Shown in pieces: positions 10,033 to 19,853 of a stretch of 64,000 nucleotides of DNA; within the stretch, counting starts at the first letter, position 1; every line of letters begins with the position of its first letter. Both the position numbers and the translations under genes were made by a program. Source of the stretch: Promethearchaeia archaeon (GTDB taxonomy: Archaea > Asgardarchaeota > Lokiarchaeia > Sigyniarchaeales > SOKP01); contig JAHQWG010000016.1 of NCBI GenBank assembly GCA_029856045.1, forward strand, positions 1 through 64,000, given 5' to 3'. Under the pieces are notes generated by a model, which did no database searches, was not told the origin of the DNA, and saw only the letters and a program-made list of their open reading frames with translations.

Positions 10033-11106
10033 TTGAAAATTTGGTTAGATTTTTGTGAGCCAAAAAGTGTTACAATGCTTAAACCGCTTTATGAAAAGTT
10101 AATGAAGGATAATGACGTTTTCATAACTGCGAGGGATTTTGATTCGACCTATTATTTATTAAATAAATGGGGAGTAGATTATATTCCAGTAGGAAAGTAT
10201 GGTGGGAGAACTATGCTTGGAAAATTAGAGGCATATTCAAAAAGACTGTCAGAACTAATTGGAATTATTAGTAAGGAAAAACCAAAATTTTTATTTTGCA
10301 TAACAAGTCCAGAGGCATTACGAATTTCCTTTGGGCTCCAGATTCCCAATATAATGTTTAATGATGAACCAAGATCTTATGGACCATGTTCTACAACATT
10401 CCCCTATGTAAATCAAATTATTGTCCCAAAATGTATTCCATTAAAAATGTATTTGGAATATGGGCTTAAAGAAGAAAAAATAATTAGATTTAATGGAATT
10501 GATGAGGTTGGATGGCTTTCAGACTTTAAACCAGATGAAAGCGTATTAAATTATTTAAAATTAACAAAAGATTATTACGTAATTTGTCGAACAGAACCTA
10601 CTAAGGCTGGTTATTTAGCTAATAAAATGAAACCTCATGAAACTCAATTATTAGAGATAATACCTGAATTATTACAGCATACATCTGACTATAAATTTTT
10701 AATTATAACTCGAAATGAGGAACAATATAATTTTCTTAAGTTAAAATTTAAAGAACATATTAATGTTGATACAGTTAGAATATACCAAGGATTAGATAAT
10801 TTAGCTCAAATAATGTATTTTGCGAAATTAGTAATTACTGGGGGTGGAACTATGGTGAGAGAATCTGCTTTATTAGGTGTTCCTTCTATTGAGTTTTTTC
10901 CTTTAGAAACTTATCCACAAGAGCAATTTCTTATAGATAATGGCTTTCCTTTAAAACATTTTCATTTAGCAAAGGATTCTGTCAATCAGTCTATTAAATA
11001 TTTAGAAGGTAATTATAAAATTGATACTTTTGAAAAAATTAGAAAATTAGACAATCCAATTGAAATAGGTATAACCAAATTTAAAGAAACAATTTCTAAA
11101 TCTTAA
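10033..11106 (+). CDS. DUF354-family GT-B-like protein
   Basis: KIWLD, ITARD, VGKYGG, GGGTMVRESALLGVPSI. Confidence 0.8.
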   Translation: MKIWLDFCEPKSVTMLKPLYEKLMKDNDVFITARDFDSTYYLLNKWGVDYIPVGKYGGRTMLGKLEAYSKRLSELIGIISKEKPKFLFCITSPEALRISFGLQIPNIMFNDEPRSYGPCSTTFPYVNQIIVPKCIPLKMYLEYGLKEEKIIRFNGIDEVGWLSDFKPDESVLNYLKLTKDYYVICRTEPTKAGYLANKMKPHETQLLEIIPELLQHTSDYKFLIITRNEEQYNFLKLKFKEHINVDTVRIYQGLDNLAQIMYFAKLVITGGGTMVRESALLGVPSIEFFPLETYPQEQFLIDNGFPLKHFHLAKDSVNQSIKYLEGNYKIDTFEKIRKLDNPIEIGITKFKETISKS

Positions 11107-12223
11107 GGAATTCTTGATAAATATCTATTAAATTTTTACCAAAAGACTCCATAGAATACTTTTTAATTAAATCTTGGGATTTATTTATTAAATTTTTTTT
11201 TATTTCTTCTTTCTCAAAATAATATTTGATTTTTTCTGCCAATAATTCAGGTTCTTTCGGGGGAACAAAAATGGCATTATTACCTAATATCTCTCTATAT
11301 GCTGGAAGATTTGAACAAATTACTGGAGTTCCACATGCAATAGATTCGATTGGAGTTAAACCAAATCCTTCGGATGCATTAGAATAAGTAACGAACACAT
11401 CTGCCATGGAATAGTAATACTGAATCTTTTCTTCTGGAATCATTCCTACAAATTTTATATCTTTATATTTTTCTTTCCAACTTTGATATATATTTGCCAT
11501 TTTTAATGTAGGTTTTCCCCCAATAACTAAATTTAAATCAGATATTTCCTTTTTTACTAAGTGATAGGCTGCAATAAGATCATCTATGCCTTTATAAAAT
11601 GCGACACGTCCAATATAAAGAATAGTTGGTCCCTTTAAATTCAATTTTTCTTTTAGAGAAATGCCTTGTTTAGGATAAGGTTTAAATTTTGGATCGATTG
11701 GATTATATACACATTTAATTTTTTTAATATTAAGCCGTCGAATGTAATATTTTAAACCCATTCTAATTATATTTGATGGAGTAATTATTTTTTTTGCTCT
11801 AAAAGCATTTAATTTTACTAACATTGGTAAAATTGGGATTTTTGAAAAACTGGTTTCGAAAGGTCCTAGATCGTGAATAGTAGTAAGATATTTTCTAAAA
11901 AGAAATGGAATATTCACCCTAGATCCATTACCATGAATTATATCAAATTTTTGCTTGTTTAAAATTCTGAAAACATTTAATATAAATTGAGGGAACCAAA
12001 AAAACCGCTTTCTAATAATATTTATTTGAATTATATTTGGATCCTCTAAATCAATATTCCATTTTGCAGTGATAACCTTTATGTTATAGCCATTATTGTT
12101 TAAATAATTATATATAGAAGTAGCAATTTTTGCAGATCCATCTTTTTTATCAGGAAAAAAGGCAAGAGATACAAGACAGATTTTTATGTGTTTATTTTCG
12201 ATTGATTTGCCTTTTTTTTGCAT
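11096..12223 (-). CDS. GT4-family glycosyltransferase
   Basis: YIGRVAFYKG, EGFGLTPIESIACGTPVI. Confidence 0.92.
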   Translation of the reverse strand: MQKKGKSIENKHIKICLVSLAFFPDKKDGSAKIATSIYNYLNNNGYNIKVITAKWNIDLEDPNIIQINIIRKRFFWFPQFILNVFRILNKQKFDIIHGNGSRVNIPFLFRKYLTTIHDLGPFETSFSKIPILPMLVKLNAFRAKKIITPSNIIRMGLKYYIRRLNIKKIKCVYNPIDPKFKPYPKQGISLKEKLNLKGPTILYIGRVAFYKGIDDLIAAYHLVKKEISDLNLVIGGKPTLKMANIYQSWKEKYKDIKFVGMIPEEKIQYYYSMADVFVTYSNASEGFGLTPIESIACGTPVICSNLPAYREILGNNAIFVPPKEPELLAEKIKYYFEKEEIKKNLINKSQDLIKKYSMESFGKNLIDIYQEFLKI

Positions 12224-12269
12224 AATAATCTTATTTCTATTGTTGTAATATTTGAATATTTGATTTAAC

Positions 12270-13313
12270 CTAAGTTAATTGTGTACATCCATCCTTGGTA
12301 ATTAAAACTGTTTCCTCATGTTGTGAAATATAGACACCTTTCCTTTCAAGAAGTACAGGATATTGAGTGATTTTACCTGAGTTTATTAGCTCTTGTAATC
12401 CAAAACTAGTACCCGATTTTAATTCAGCTAAAAGTTGTCGCTCACAAAAAGGCAGTGTTTTATATTCTTTTGAGATTAATCCTAAAATTTTTCTAGAAAT
12501 TTTTCGTCTTAAAGGAACTCTCCCTGCAGAAGAATTTAGGCTATAGATGTACACATTTCTAGATCTATGAACCGTTCCTTCTCCAGTAGAAGCAAAAACT
12601 TCAACGGCATATATTTCATTTTCTTCAATTTCCGTTCCATGCTTTGAGCTATGGTTTGGGAGTTCTTTTGATCCATGAACTCTCCACCGTTCAACAGAAT
12701 GACCTCCCAACTCCTTTATCGATGTAAATCCATAACCCTTAATTATTTGTTCAATTTTATTACCAATCTCATTGGTTTTAACACCGGGTTTCATCATCAT
12801 TATTGCTGCCTTAACCGCTACTTCTGGTGCTTCTACTATATTTTTTAATGCTTCATTATCATTAAAACTTAGAGAAAATGCATTATCAACGCAAAAACCA
12901 TCGATATGAACTCCAAAATCAATTTTTACAATATCTCCCTCATTTATCACCATCTCATCTTTTATAGGTGAAGTATAATGTGCAGCAATGTTATTAATGC
13001 AAATATTAATTGGAAAAGCAGGTTTAGCTTCTAGATCAAAAATCATATTCTCAATTTCCTTTATTATGTTAATTGCTTTTACACCGACTTTTATTTTAGG
13101 GCGAATAGCGTTTTTTATTTTTTTGGCGATTTCTCCTGCTTTTTTGGTAGATTCAATCTTTTTTTGTAATTCTTCTTCCTCTTCTTTCTTTTTTTCATCT
13201 TTTGATTCTTTCACAATTTGTTTTTCTTTATTATCTTCTTTTTCTTTATTATGTTGTTCAGCAGAATTTTCTATACGATTTTTAACTGTTTTTGGAGCTT
13301 TCTTTTCACTCAT
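12270..13313 (-). CDS. map: Methionine aminopeptidase type II with charged N-terminal extension
   Basis: AAHYT, DFGVHIDG..VD, GH...HG, EVFAS, QHEET metal/catalytic motifs plus type II insert. Confidence 0.93.
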   Translation of the reverse strand: MSEKKAPKTVKNRIENSAEQHNKEKEDNKEKQIVKESKDEKKKEEEEELQKKIESTKKAGEIAKKIKNAIRPKIKVGVKAINIIKEIENMIFDLEAKPAFPINICINNIAAHYTSPIKDEMVINEGDIVKIDFGVHIDGFCVDNAFSLSFNDNEALKNIVEAPEVAVKAAIMMMKPGVKTNEIGNKIEQIIKGYGFTSIKELGGHSVERWRVHGSKELPNHSSKHGTEIEENEIYAVEVFASTGEGTVHRSRNVYIYSLNSSAGRVPLRRKISRKILGLISKEYKTLPFCERQLLAELKSGTSFGLQELINSGKITQYPVLLERKGVYISQHEETVLITKDGCTQLT

Positions 13314-13501
13314 TATTTCTTACTCATCACTAATATTAATCAAATTCTAAAATTATTTAAATAATATTCTAAACACTAATTAAAATTAATTAATAAAATA
13401 TAAATTACATTAAAGAAAAATAAAAAATATAAATTAGTTTAATGAGATATTAATTTAGTAAATATTATATTTTAAAAATTCCCAAGGATGATACATTAAA
13501 A

Positions 13502-13894
13502 TTGTCAGAGAACCTTTCGGAGCTTGCAAATATTCTTAGACAAATGGAAGCAATGAATTCTGAAATTCAAGGGAGTGCTATTGTTAGTATTCAAGGATTA
13601 CCAATAGCTAGCGCCCTCCCAAGATTAAGAGCTGAATATGGAGGAGAAACTAATGACGGAATAATCTCAGCAATGAGCGCCGCTATAATATCCGTTTCAG
13701 AGAGAGCAGTATCTGAGTTAGCCCGTGGAAATTTTAAGAGAATTATGATTGAAGGAGATGAGGGCTTAATTATTTTATCAAGGGCAGGAAACAATGCAAT
13801 TTTGTGTGTTTTAACATCTCAAAATCCTTCATTGGGCATGGTCTTTTTAAATATTACTGCTACTTCTAAAAAAATTGCAGGACTATTAGATTAA
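13502..13894 (+). CDS. Roadblock/LC7 (MglB-like) protein
   Basis: GSAIVSIQGLPIAS, ISAMSAA, LGMVFL pattern; 130 aa. Confidence 0.9.
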   Translation: MSENLSELANILRQMEAMNSEIQGSAIVSIQGLPIASALPRLRAEYGGETNDGIISAMSAAIISVSERAVSELARGNFKRIMIEGDEGLIILSRAGNNAILCVLTSQNPSLGMVFLNITATSKKIAGLLD

Positions 13895-13958
13895 ATCAAA
13901 GTAGATATAATAAAGACGATTTTTTTTTATATTAATATAACATTATTTTATTTTAATA

Positions 13959-15308
13959 ATGAATATTCCCAAATATCTTCCTAAATTAGAAATTGAATTG
14001 CGGAAAAAAATTCGTGAGAAAAAATATGCTGATTCTGAGCAATACCTACATAAAATATTTTCAAATTGCATAACTCTTGATTCATTAAAACATTTTCAAA
14101 GCATTTTAGATTTAGCCTCAAAACTAGGCATTTTTGTTGATCCTTTAAAAATTCCAGACAGATTTAAAAAAATTCAATTCGCTATTAATGAATGTATTCA
14201 AAATCTACAATTGGGTGGAATTATTAGTATCTTACAATATGTAAATCGTTATAATTTAAGTTATCGAGAATTAAATGTAAAGAAAATTAATTTAATTAAA
14301 AAATTAAAGCAAAAAACTCTTTTTATGGAAAATTTAATGGATATATTTGGAGAAGTTAGTGATTATTTTATCTATTTTGTACATAAAGATTTACCTGAAG
14401 GATTATATAATTTATTTATTCAAACAGATGGAATATATCCAGGTTATAGTAATCTTGAGGAAATTGGGGGACAAATTCGTATCTATTTTAATAATTATTC
14501 AGTTTATGGATTAAGTGTAAAAAATTTGGGAAAAATTTCGAGATATTTAAAAATTTTTAAAACTCATATCAATAAAACTCATAATTTTGATTTAACAGAA
14601 ATCAATGATGAAGATAATTTCTTGATAATAGAAATTGACAATAAAACTCATTTGATTTCAGAAAATAACATTATAATCAATTTAAATAAAATGACAAATC
14701 CAAAAAGGTATAATTTCTACACATATTCTATGATTTTTTTAGGAGGATTAGGACCAGAGGGGCACGGTTTTAGTTATAGTACTCCAAGAGGTGAAATTGT
14801 AGAGATTTGTTCTGATAGAAAAGAAAGCCAAGCTATAATTGTAAAATTTAAATCATATTTAAAAGAATCATTTTTACAAAAATTAACAAATGAATTATTA
14901 AAAAGCAACATAAATGAAACCGTAATAGATAAAATAATTCAATACATTGATAATATTATATCAGAGGAGGATTATCTTGATATTAATAAGAAAGATCCAC
15001 TAATTAAGAAAATAAAATCATATCTATATTCAAATAGTGAATTAAATGCTAAATTAAAATTAAAAATGGAGGATTTAATTAAAGAAATTTCTCAAATATT
15101 TTCAATAATTCTTAGACCAGTAGATTTAATTGACCAATTTAAATGTCGAATGAATCTCGTAGCGGAGGGTAAGATAAAATCAGAAGAAATACCAAAATTA
15201 ACAAGTTTAAAAAATAAATCACATTATGATGTTTTGAAAGAACGCTTTTTTTTCCAAAATATCGTTGAATTATTTTATCAAAGGTATAAATCAGAAATTA
15301 AACAATAA
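13959..15308 (+). CDS. Hypothetical protein
   Basis: 449-aa ORF with no family recognised; one Gly-rich island (FLGGLGPEGHGFSYSTPRGE). Confidence 0.7.
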   Translation: MNIPKYLPKLEIELRKKIREKKYADSEQYLHKIFSNCITLDSLKHFQSILDLASKLGIFVDPLKIPDRFKKIQFAINECIQNLQLGGIISILQYVNRYNLSYRELNVKKINLIKKLKQKTLFMENLMDIFGEVSDYFIYFVHKDLPEGLYNLFIQTDGIYPGYSNLEEIGGQIRIYFNNYSVYGLSVKNLGKISRYLKIFKTHINKTHNFDLTEINDEDNFLIIEIDNKTHLISENNIIINLNKMTNPKRYNFYTYSMIFLGGLGPEGHGFSYSTPRGEIVEICSDRKESQAIIVKFKSYLKESFLQKLTNELLKSNINETVIDKIIQYIDNIISEEDYLDINKKDPLIKKIKSYLYSNSELNAKLKLKMEDLIKEISQIFSIILRPVDLIDQFKCRMNLVAEGKIKSEEIPKLTSLKNKSHYDVLKERFFFQNIVELFYQRYKSEIKQ

Positions 15309-15319
15309 AAAATTTAATA

Positions 15320-15340
15320 CTTGGAGGTTTTATCTCCAAG
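15320..15340. terminator. Stem-loop between convergent genes
   Basis: CTTGGAG-GTTTTAT-CTCCAAG perfect 7-bp inverted repeat 12 nt after a stop codon; function inferred. Confidence 0.4.
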
Positions 15341-15418
15341 GTTTCGGAATTTTTGTTAAATTTATGGATAGAAGATTACAAAAAGATTAAAGACAATTAG
15401 AAAAGAGAAGGTTAAATT

Positions 15419-16402
15419 TTAATAGTTTAGATATTCATCTAAAAAAATAATTTTTCCATTATTATTTGCGGATTCTATTGCAGCTAAACATAATGCAACA
15501 GAATTTTTGCCATCTTCACCCACTATTGCTAAATTCTTATGTCTATTGATAATACAATCAATAAAATGAGAAAGTTCATTATAATAACCATCATCTGATT
15601 TCAATTTCTCAATAATCTCAACTGAATATCCTTCAAATATTTTTTCTCCATTGAATTCTATATTTCCTCTTGTTCCTATAATATTTCCATATGTAGTAAA
15701 AATAAAATCTTTTTTTTCGGCCCAGCTCGCTGTACATTTAGCTTTTTTATCATCTTGAAATGTTAAGGATGTATTGGATTTACCAAATACCTTCCGATCA
15801 AATCGTTTTATTTTTTTTGCTTTACATGAAATAGAAATTACATTTCCTAAAATCCATGAAGCATAATCAAGATCATGAATAGAAAGGTCAAAAATTACAC
15901 CACCAGATTTTTTTTCATCTGCAAACCACTCACTCCATGGAAATGTGCTTAATCTTTTCGCTATAAGTTTATGTATATCACCAAGATTGGATTTAGAACT
16001 AATTATAAAATCTCTAACATAGCGGTAAGTGGGCCAAAATCTTAATACATGTCCAATAAAAAGTTTTACATTATTAATTTCAACAGTATTAATAATACTA
16101 TCACATTCTTCAAGTGTAAGTGCCATTGGTTTTTCTAAAAATATATCTAAACCATTTTCGGCGCAGAAACAAGCAATGTTTTTATGAGTGAATGTGGGAG
16201 TAGCAATGAGTACTGCATCAATTTCTTCTTTTTCAATCAATTTTTCATAAGAACTGTAAAAATTTATCCCTTTAGGAAGATTTGCTTTATGAGAACGGGA
16301 ATATATTGCTTTTACTTCAGCTTTTGGATGTTTTATTAAATTCTGAAGGTGAATTGCTCCGATATTTCCATATCCAAGTACTGCAAAGTTTTTAACTTCC
16401 AT
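15419..16402 (-). CDS. Gfo/Idh/MocA-family oxidoreductase
   Basis: GYGNIG, ATPTFTH, EKPMA, DLSIHDLD. Confidence 0.92.
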   Translation of the reverse strand: MEVKNFAVLGYGNIGAIHLQNLIKHPKAEVKAIYSRSHKANLPKGINFYSSYEKLIEKEEIDAVLIATPTFTHKNIACFCAENGLDIFLEKPMALTLEECDSIINTVEINNVKLFIGHVLRFWPTYRYVRDFIISSKSNLGDIHKLIAKRLSTFPWSEWFADEKKSGGVIFDLSIHDLDYASWILGNVISISCKAKKIKRFDRKVFGKSNTSLTFQDDKKAKCTASWAEKKDFIFTTYGNIIGTRGNIEFNGEKIFEGYSVEIIEKLKSDDGYYNELSHFIDCIINRHKNLAIVGEDGKNSVALCLAAIESANNNGKIIFLDEYLNY

Positions 16403-16444
16403 TATTTTCAGTATTTGGTTTTATACTAAAATAAAAGACAATAA

Positions 16445-17905
16445 TTAACTTCTAATTTCTTCTAAAAATTCAACTATTTTATCGGCATGTTGTTTTATTG
16501 ATTCCAGAACCTCCCCTCCGGAGGTTGTTGATTTAACCGTCGTTTTTATACTTTCATGTTCACGGGCGAGCATAATCCGAACTGGAAGACTCAACAAGGC
16601 ATTAATTAACAATAAGATTTCTTGGAAGATCTGTATCAATGTTGATCCTTTTTCTTCTTTAGTCGAAGTAATAGAAGTTAATTCGAATTCCTCTTCAGTA
16701 GGTTTATGTTTTTTTAATTCCTCCCATATATTCTCTTTTAATTCTGAAAAATCAATACCGAGATCTTCTAATGCCATTTTGGTTCCTTCTAAAATAAGGT
16801 CAGTGCAATCGGTTGGAGAAAGGTCTTTAATTTTTTCTACCATTTCTTCAGGAGCTAAATCTCTAAGAAATTCTAGTAAAAGTTGATGGTAATCATCTAT
16901 TATATCAAAAGGAATAAATATTTTATAGGTTTCTTTAATTTGTTGAAAAATATATCCACTTATTTTTGCAAATATTTCATTTGAAAGATATTTCTCAACA
17001 AGTCCTCCATATTCATTAAGTAGATGTATGCTCAAATAACCGATTATTCTAAAAATATCACTCTCATAATTAGTAAACCAATCAAAAAAATCTTCAGTCT
17101 CCATATGCATTTTATCTCTTATAAGATTAGAAAGATTTTCTTTAATTGAATTTAAAGGTTCATCAAAAAATTCTTCAATTCTATCTAAATCTATCTTATC
17201 TCGAAGCTTGTCAAACATATTTTCTTTAATTTCTTTAGCCTCTAACAAGAGATCATGATCTTTATCTCCTGTATAGGAAGAAATAAAATCTTCAGAGTCA
17301 GGAATTTTTGATTTGAAATCTTGAATATTTATAATATCCATTCTGAATTGTAATATGTCATCTCCCTTAGCGTAACATTTTTCTTCTGTTATTTTCATCC
17401 TAAAATCGTTATCTTTTGTCATAAGAAGATAATTAATTACCTTTTCTATCATTCCAATAAATCCACATGCCATTCCATCGGAGTCTGCTTTTAATTCATT
17501 AAAATCTATAGTATCTTCAGGATCCATTCCATATCCTCCACAAACTGGGCATTTTTTTATTTTTACACGAACTATTGGATAAGGATAGCCTTCTTCTACT
17601 TCTTCTTCATATTCATATTCTCCGATTTCCATTCCGAATACTATTGTCCATATAAGTTCAAAATATTTTAATACCCTATCTGGTTCTCCAGGTAAAAATT
17701 TTAAAATCGAAGCTTGTCTTTTTAGAGATTCCAAAGAAGCCTCTCCACCGATAAATCTCATTATCTTAACTGTTTTATCTAAATCTTTTTTAATATCATA
17801 AATCTCTTTAAAAATTTCACGATATAATAAAGTATAAAATAATGCTTTAGTATTTCTTCCAAGCGACTTCCCAATTTTTTTAATTAACCATGATAATAGT
17901 CCCAT
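16445..17905 (-). CDS. V4R/Bet3(TRAPP)-like domain protein with acidic helical C-terminal extension
   Basis: CPVC...ACGFIGMIE...EEKCYAKGD V4R pattern; N-terminal LFYTLLY helix resembles Bet3. Confidence 0.55.
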   Translation of the reverse strand: MGLLSWLIKKIGKSLGRNTKALFYTLLYREIFKEIYDIKKDLDKTVKIMRFIGGEASLESLKRQASILKFLPGEPDRVLKYFELIWTIVFGMEIGEYEYEEEVEEGYPYPIVRVKIKKCPVCGGYGMDPEDTIDFNELKADSDGMACGFIGMIEKVINYLLMTKDNDFRMKITEEKCYAKGDDILQFRMDIINIQDFKSKIPDSEDFISSYTGDKDHDLLLEAKEIKENMFDKLRDKIDLDRIEEFFDEPLNSIKENLSNLIRDKMHMETEDFFDWFTNYESDIFRIIGYLSIHLLNEYGGLVEKYLSNEIFAKISGYIFQQIKETYKIFIPFDIIDDYHQLLLEFLRDLAPEEMVEKIKDLSPTDCTDLILEGTKMALEDLGIDFSELKENIWEELKKHKPTEEEFELTSITSTKEEKGSTLIQIFQEILLLINALLSLPVRIMLAREHESIKTTVKSTTSGGEVLESIKQHADKIVEFLEEIRS

Positions 17906-17921
17906 TTCTTTCTACACCTTA

Positions 17922-18425
17922 TTATTTCTCAGATATATAAAATTCTTGCACACATTGAGAATCTCCAATAGCTCTAGATCTACTGACTTCTTTACGTTTT
18001 ATAGAAATAATTTTTTCATTGGGGTATTTTTTATTTAAAATATCAATGAAATTCGGTAAAAACCCTTGTAGCACTTCACATCCCGGGATATCTATATCCG
18101 GATAGTTGTATTTACATAGGCAGCATTTATTATCCACTATTTTTAGAATGTTTTTCTCATAATCTACCTCAAGATTAATTTTTGACTTAAAAATAGACGA
18201 ATATATCTCTTTTAATATAATATCCAGATTTTGTCTATTCAGTGCGTTTTTAGGGAGCCAATATCGGCTGTAGGTTGATGCTATATTTTTCCCTATTCGT
18301 TGTAATCGCATATTAACATCTTTAACATTTTCTTTTTTCATAAATCTAATTAAATGGTATATTGCATTCCTCATTTGATTCATTGCAGCGTCGGCTTGAG
18401 CTAGATCAGATCGTGTGTAATTCAT
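17922..18425 (-). CDS. V4R/Bet3(TRAPP)-like protein
   Basis: VNMRLQRIGKNIA, CCLC...GCEVLQGFL...SRAIGDSQC. Confidence 0.6.
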   Translation of the reverse strand: MNYTRSDLAQADAAMNQMRNAIYHLIRFMKKENVKDVNMRLQRIGKNIASTYSRYWLPKNALNRQNLDIILKEIYSSIFKSKINLEVDYEKNILKIVDNKCCLCKYNYPDIDIPGCEVLQGFLPNFIDILNKKYPNEKIISIKRKEVSRSRAIGDSQCVQEFYISEK

Positions 18426-18566
18426 AAAAGTACCTTTAAAAGTAATTATTATTAGGATTAAAAATAAAAATTAATATAAAATCCTTATCAAATCTAATTT
18501 CGTATTAAAGATATTATTAAAATCTTACATTTTTTAAAAATTTGGCAAAAAAATTAAAAAAAACAT

Positions 18567-18908
18567 TTATAATTGACTTATTATTTTCCGAACCATATTA
18601 GCAGGGAGGGCACCAAGTACAACACCATCTTTCATAACTTCATAACCGTCGAGTTTAATGTTATTATGAACCTTCTCACCATTTTTATAAAAGACTAAAT
18701 ACGGAATAGCTTGAATTCCAAAATTTATTGCAAGTTCTTTATTTAAATCAACATCCACAGAAACCACTTTAATTATACCTTCATGTTCAAGATCATGTAA
18801 AATCGGGCTAATCATATGGCATGGACCGCACCAATCAGCTGAAAAATCTACAACAGTTATTCCTTCTTTAGCAATCTCATCATTTAAATTATCAATTTTT
18901 CTAGACAT
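18567..18908 (-). CDS. trxA: Thioredoxin
   Basis: DFSADWCGPC active site, cis-Pro motif AIP. Confidence 0.93.
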   Translation of the reverse strand: MSRKIDNLNDEIAKEGITVVDFSADWCGPCHMISPILHDLEHEGIIKVVSVDVDLNKELAINFGIQAIPYLVFYKNGEKVHNNIKLDGYEVMKDGVVLGALPANMVRKIISQL

Positions 18909-19030
18909 GATTAAAATATATCTCAGTTTATTAGCATTTTATTATTTCTATAGAGCTAAAAATATAAAATTCATAATAAAATTTTAGATTATTTTTTGTA
19001 AATAGGAAATTATTAAATAATACAAAATTA

Positions 19031-19849
19031 TTGAAATTGGACTATATAATGTATAAGAGAAAGTATAAAATCAAACAACTCCAAAAAGGAAATTTTCATG
19101 ATTTTGAAGATATATTATTAATAGAACGACCAATTACGATTAAAATAAATGAAAATCAAGTTGTTACTATTATTTGTTTGCCTAAAGATCTTAAAGAATT
19201 AACGATTGGATTTTTGTTTACTGCTGGATTTATTGATTCAATTAATGAAATAAAAAATATAGAAGTTAATTCTATTGAAAACGAGATTTCAATTATTGTT
19301 GATGATTTAAATAAAGCCACCAAAGAAAACTTCAATTCTTCTATATATAATAGAATTATAAAAACATCTTGTTGTATTCCATCAATTTGGAGAGATTTAA
19401 TTTTAAATTCTATTGATAAAACTGAAGAACAATTCAATGATATTAAAATTACTTCCGATTTAATATTTAAAAGTATTGTCAAAATGCAAAAAGAGACATC
19501 TTTATTTAAAGAAACAGGTGGATGTCATGGAGCAGCATTGTTTGATTTTCAAGGAAAATTATTAGAAATATTTGAAGATATTGGGAGGCATAATGCAATT
19601 GATAAAGTTATTGGGAGTGCTTTGATAAAAAATATTGATTTAAAAGAGACATTTCTCTGTTCAACTGGAAGATTAACTGGAGACTCAGTTTTGAAAGCAG
19701 CGAGAAGTAAAATACCCATTTTAGCCTCAATATCAGCTCCGATTGAATCTGGAATAAGAATTGCACTTAATTATAATATTACATTAATTGGATTTGTAAG
19801 GGGAAGCAAGATGAATATTTATACTCATCCAGAAAGAATTGTTGTATAA
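19031..19849 (+). CDS. fdhD: Formate dehydrogenase accessory sulfurtransferase FdhD
   Basis: TGGCHGAAL, EDIGRHNAIDK, STGR, TLIGFVRG. Confidence 0.93.
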   Translation: MKLDYIMYKRKYKIKQLQKGNFHDFEDILLIERPITIKINENQVVTIICLPKDLKELTIGFLFTAGFIDSINEIKNIEVNSIENEISIIVDDLNKATKENFNSSIYNRIIKTSCCIPSIWRDLILNSIDKTEEQFNDIKITSDLIFKSIVKMQKETSLFKETGGCHGAALFDFQGKLLEIFEDIGRHNAIDKVIGSALIKNIDLKETFLCSTGRLTGDSVLKAARSKIPILASISAPIESGIRIALNYNITLIGFVRGSKMNIYTHPERIVV

Positions 19850-19853
19850 TATT

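Noticed and set aside
15320-15340. Hairpin as a SECIS element or other selenoprotein signal
   Set aside because: Lacks SECIS core motifs; no in-frame TGA at a Cys position was noticed in flanking or redox genes.
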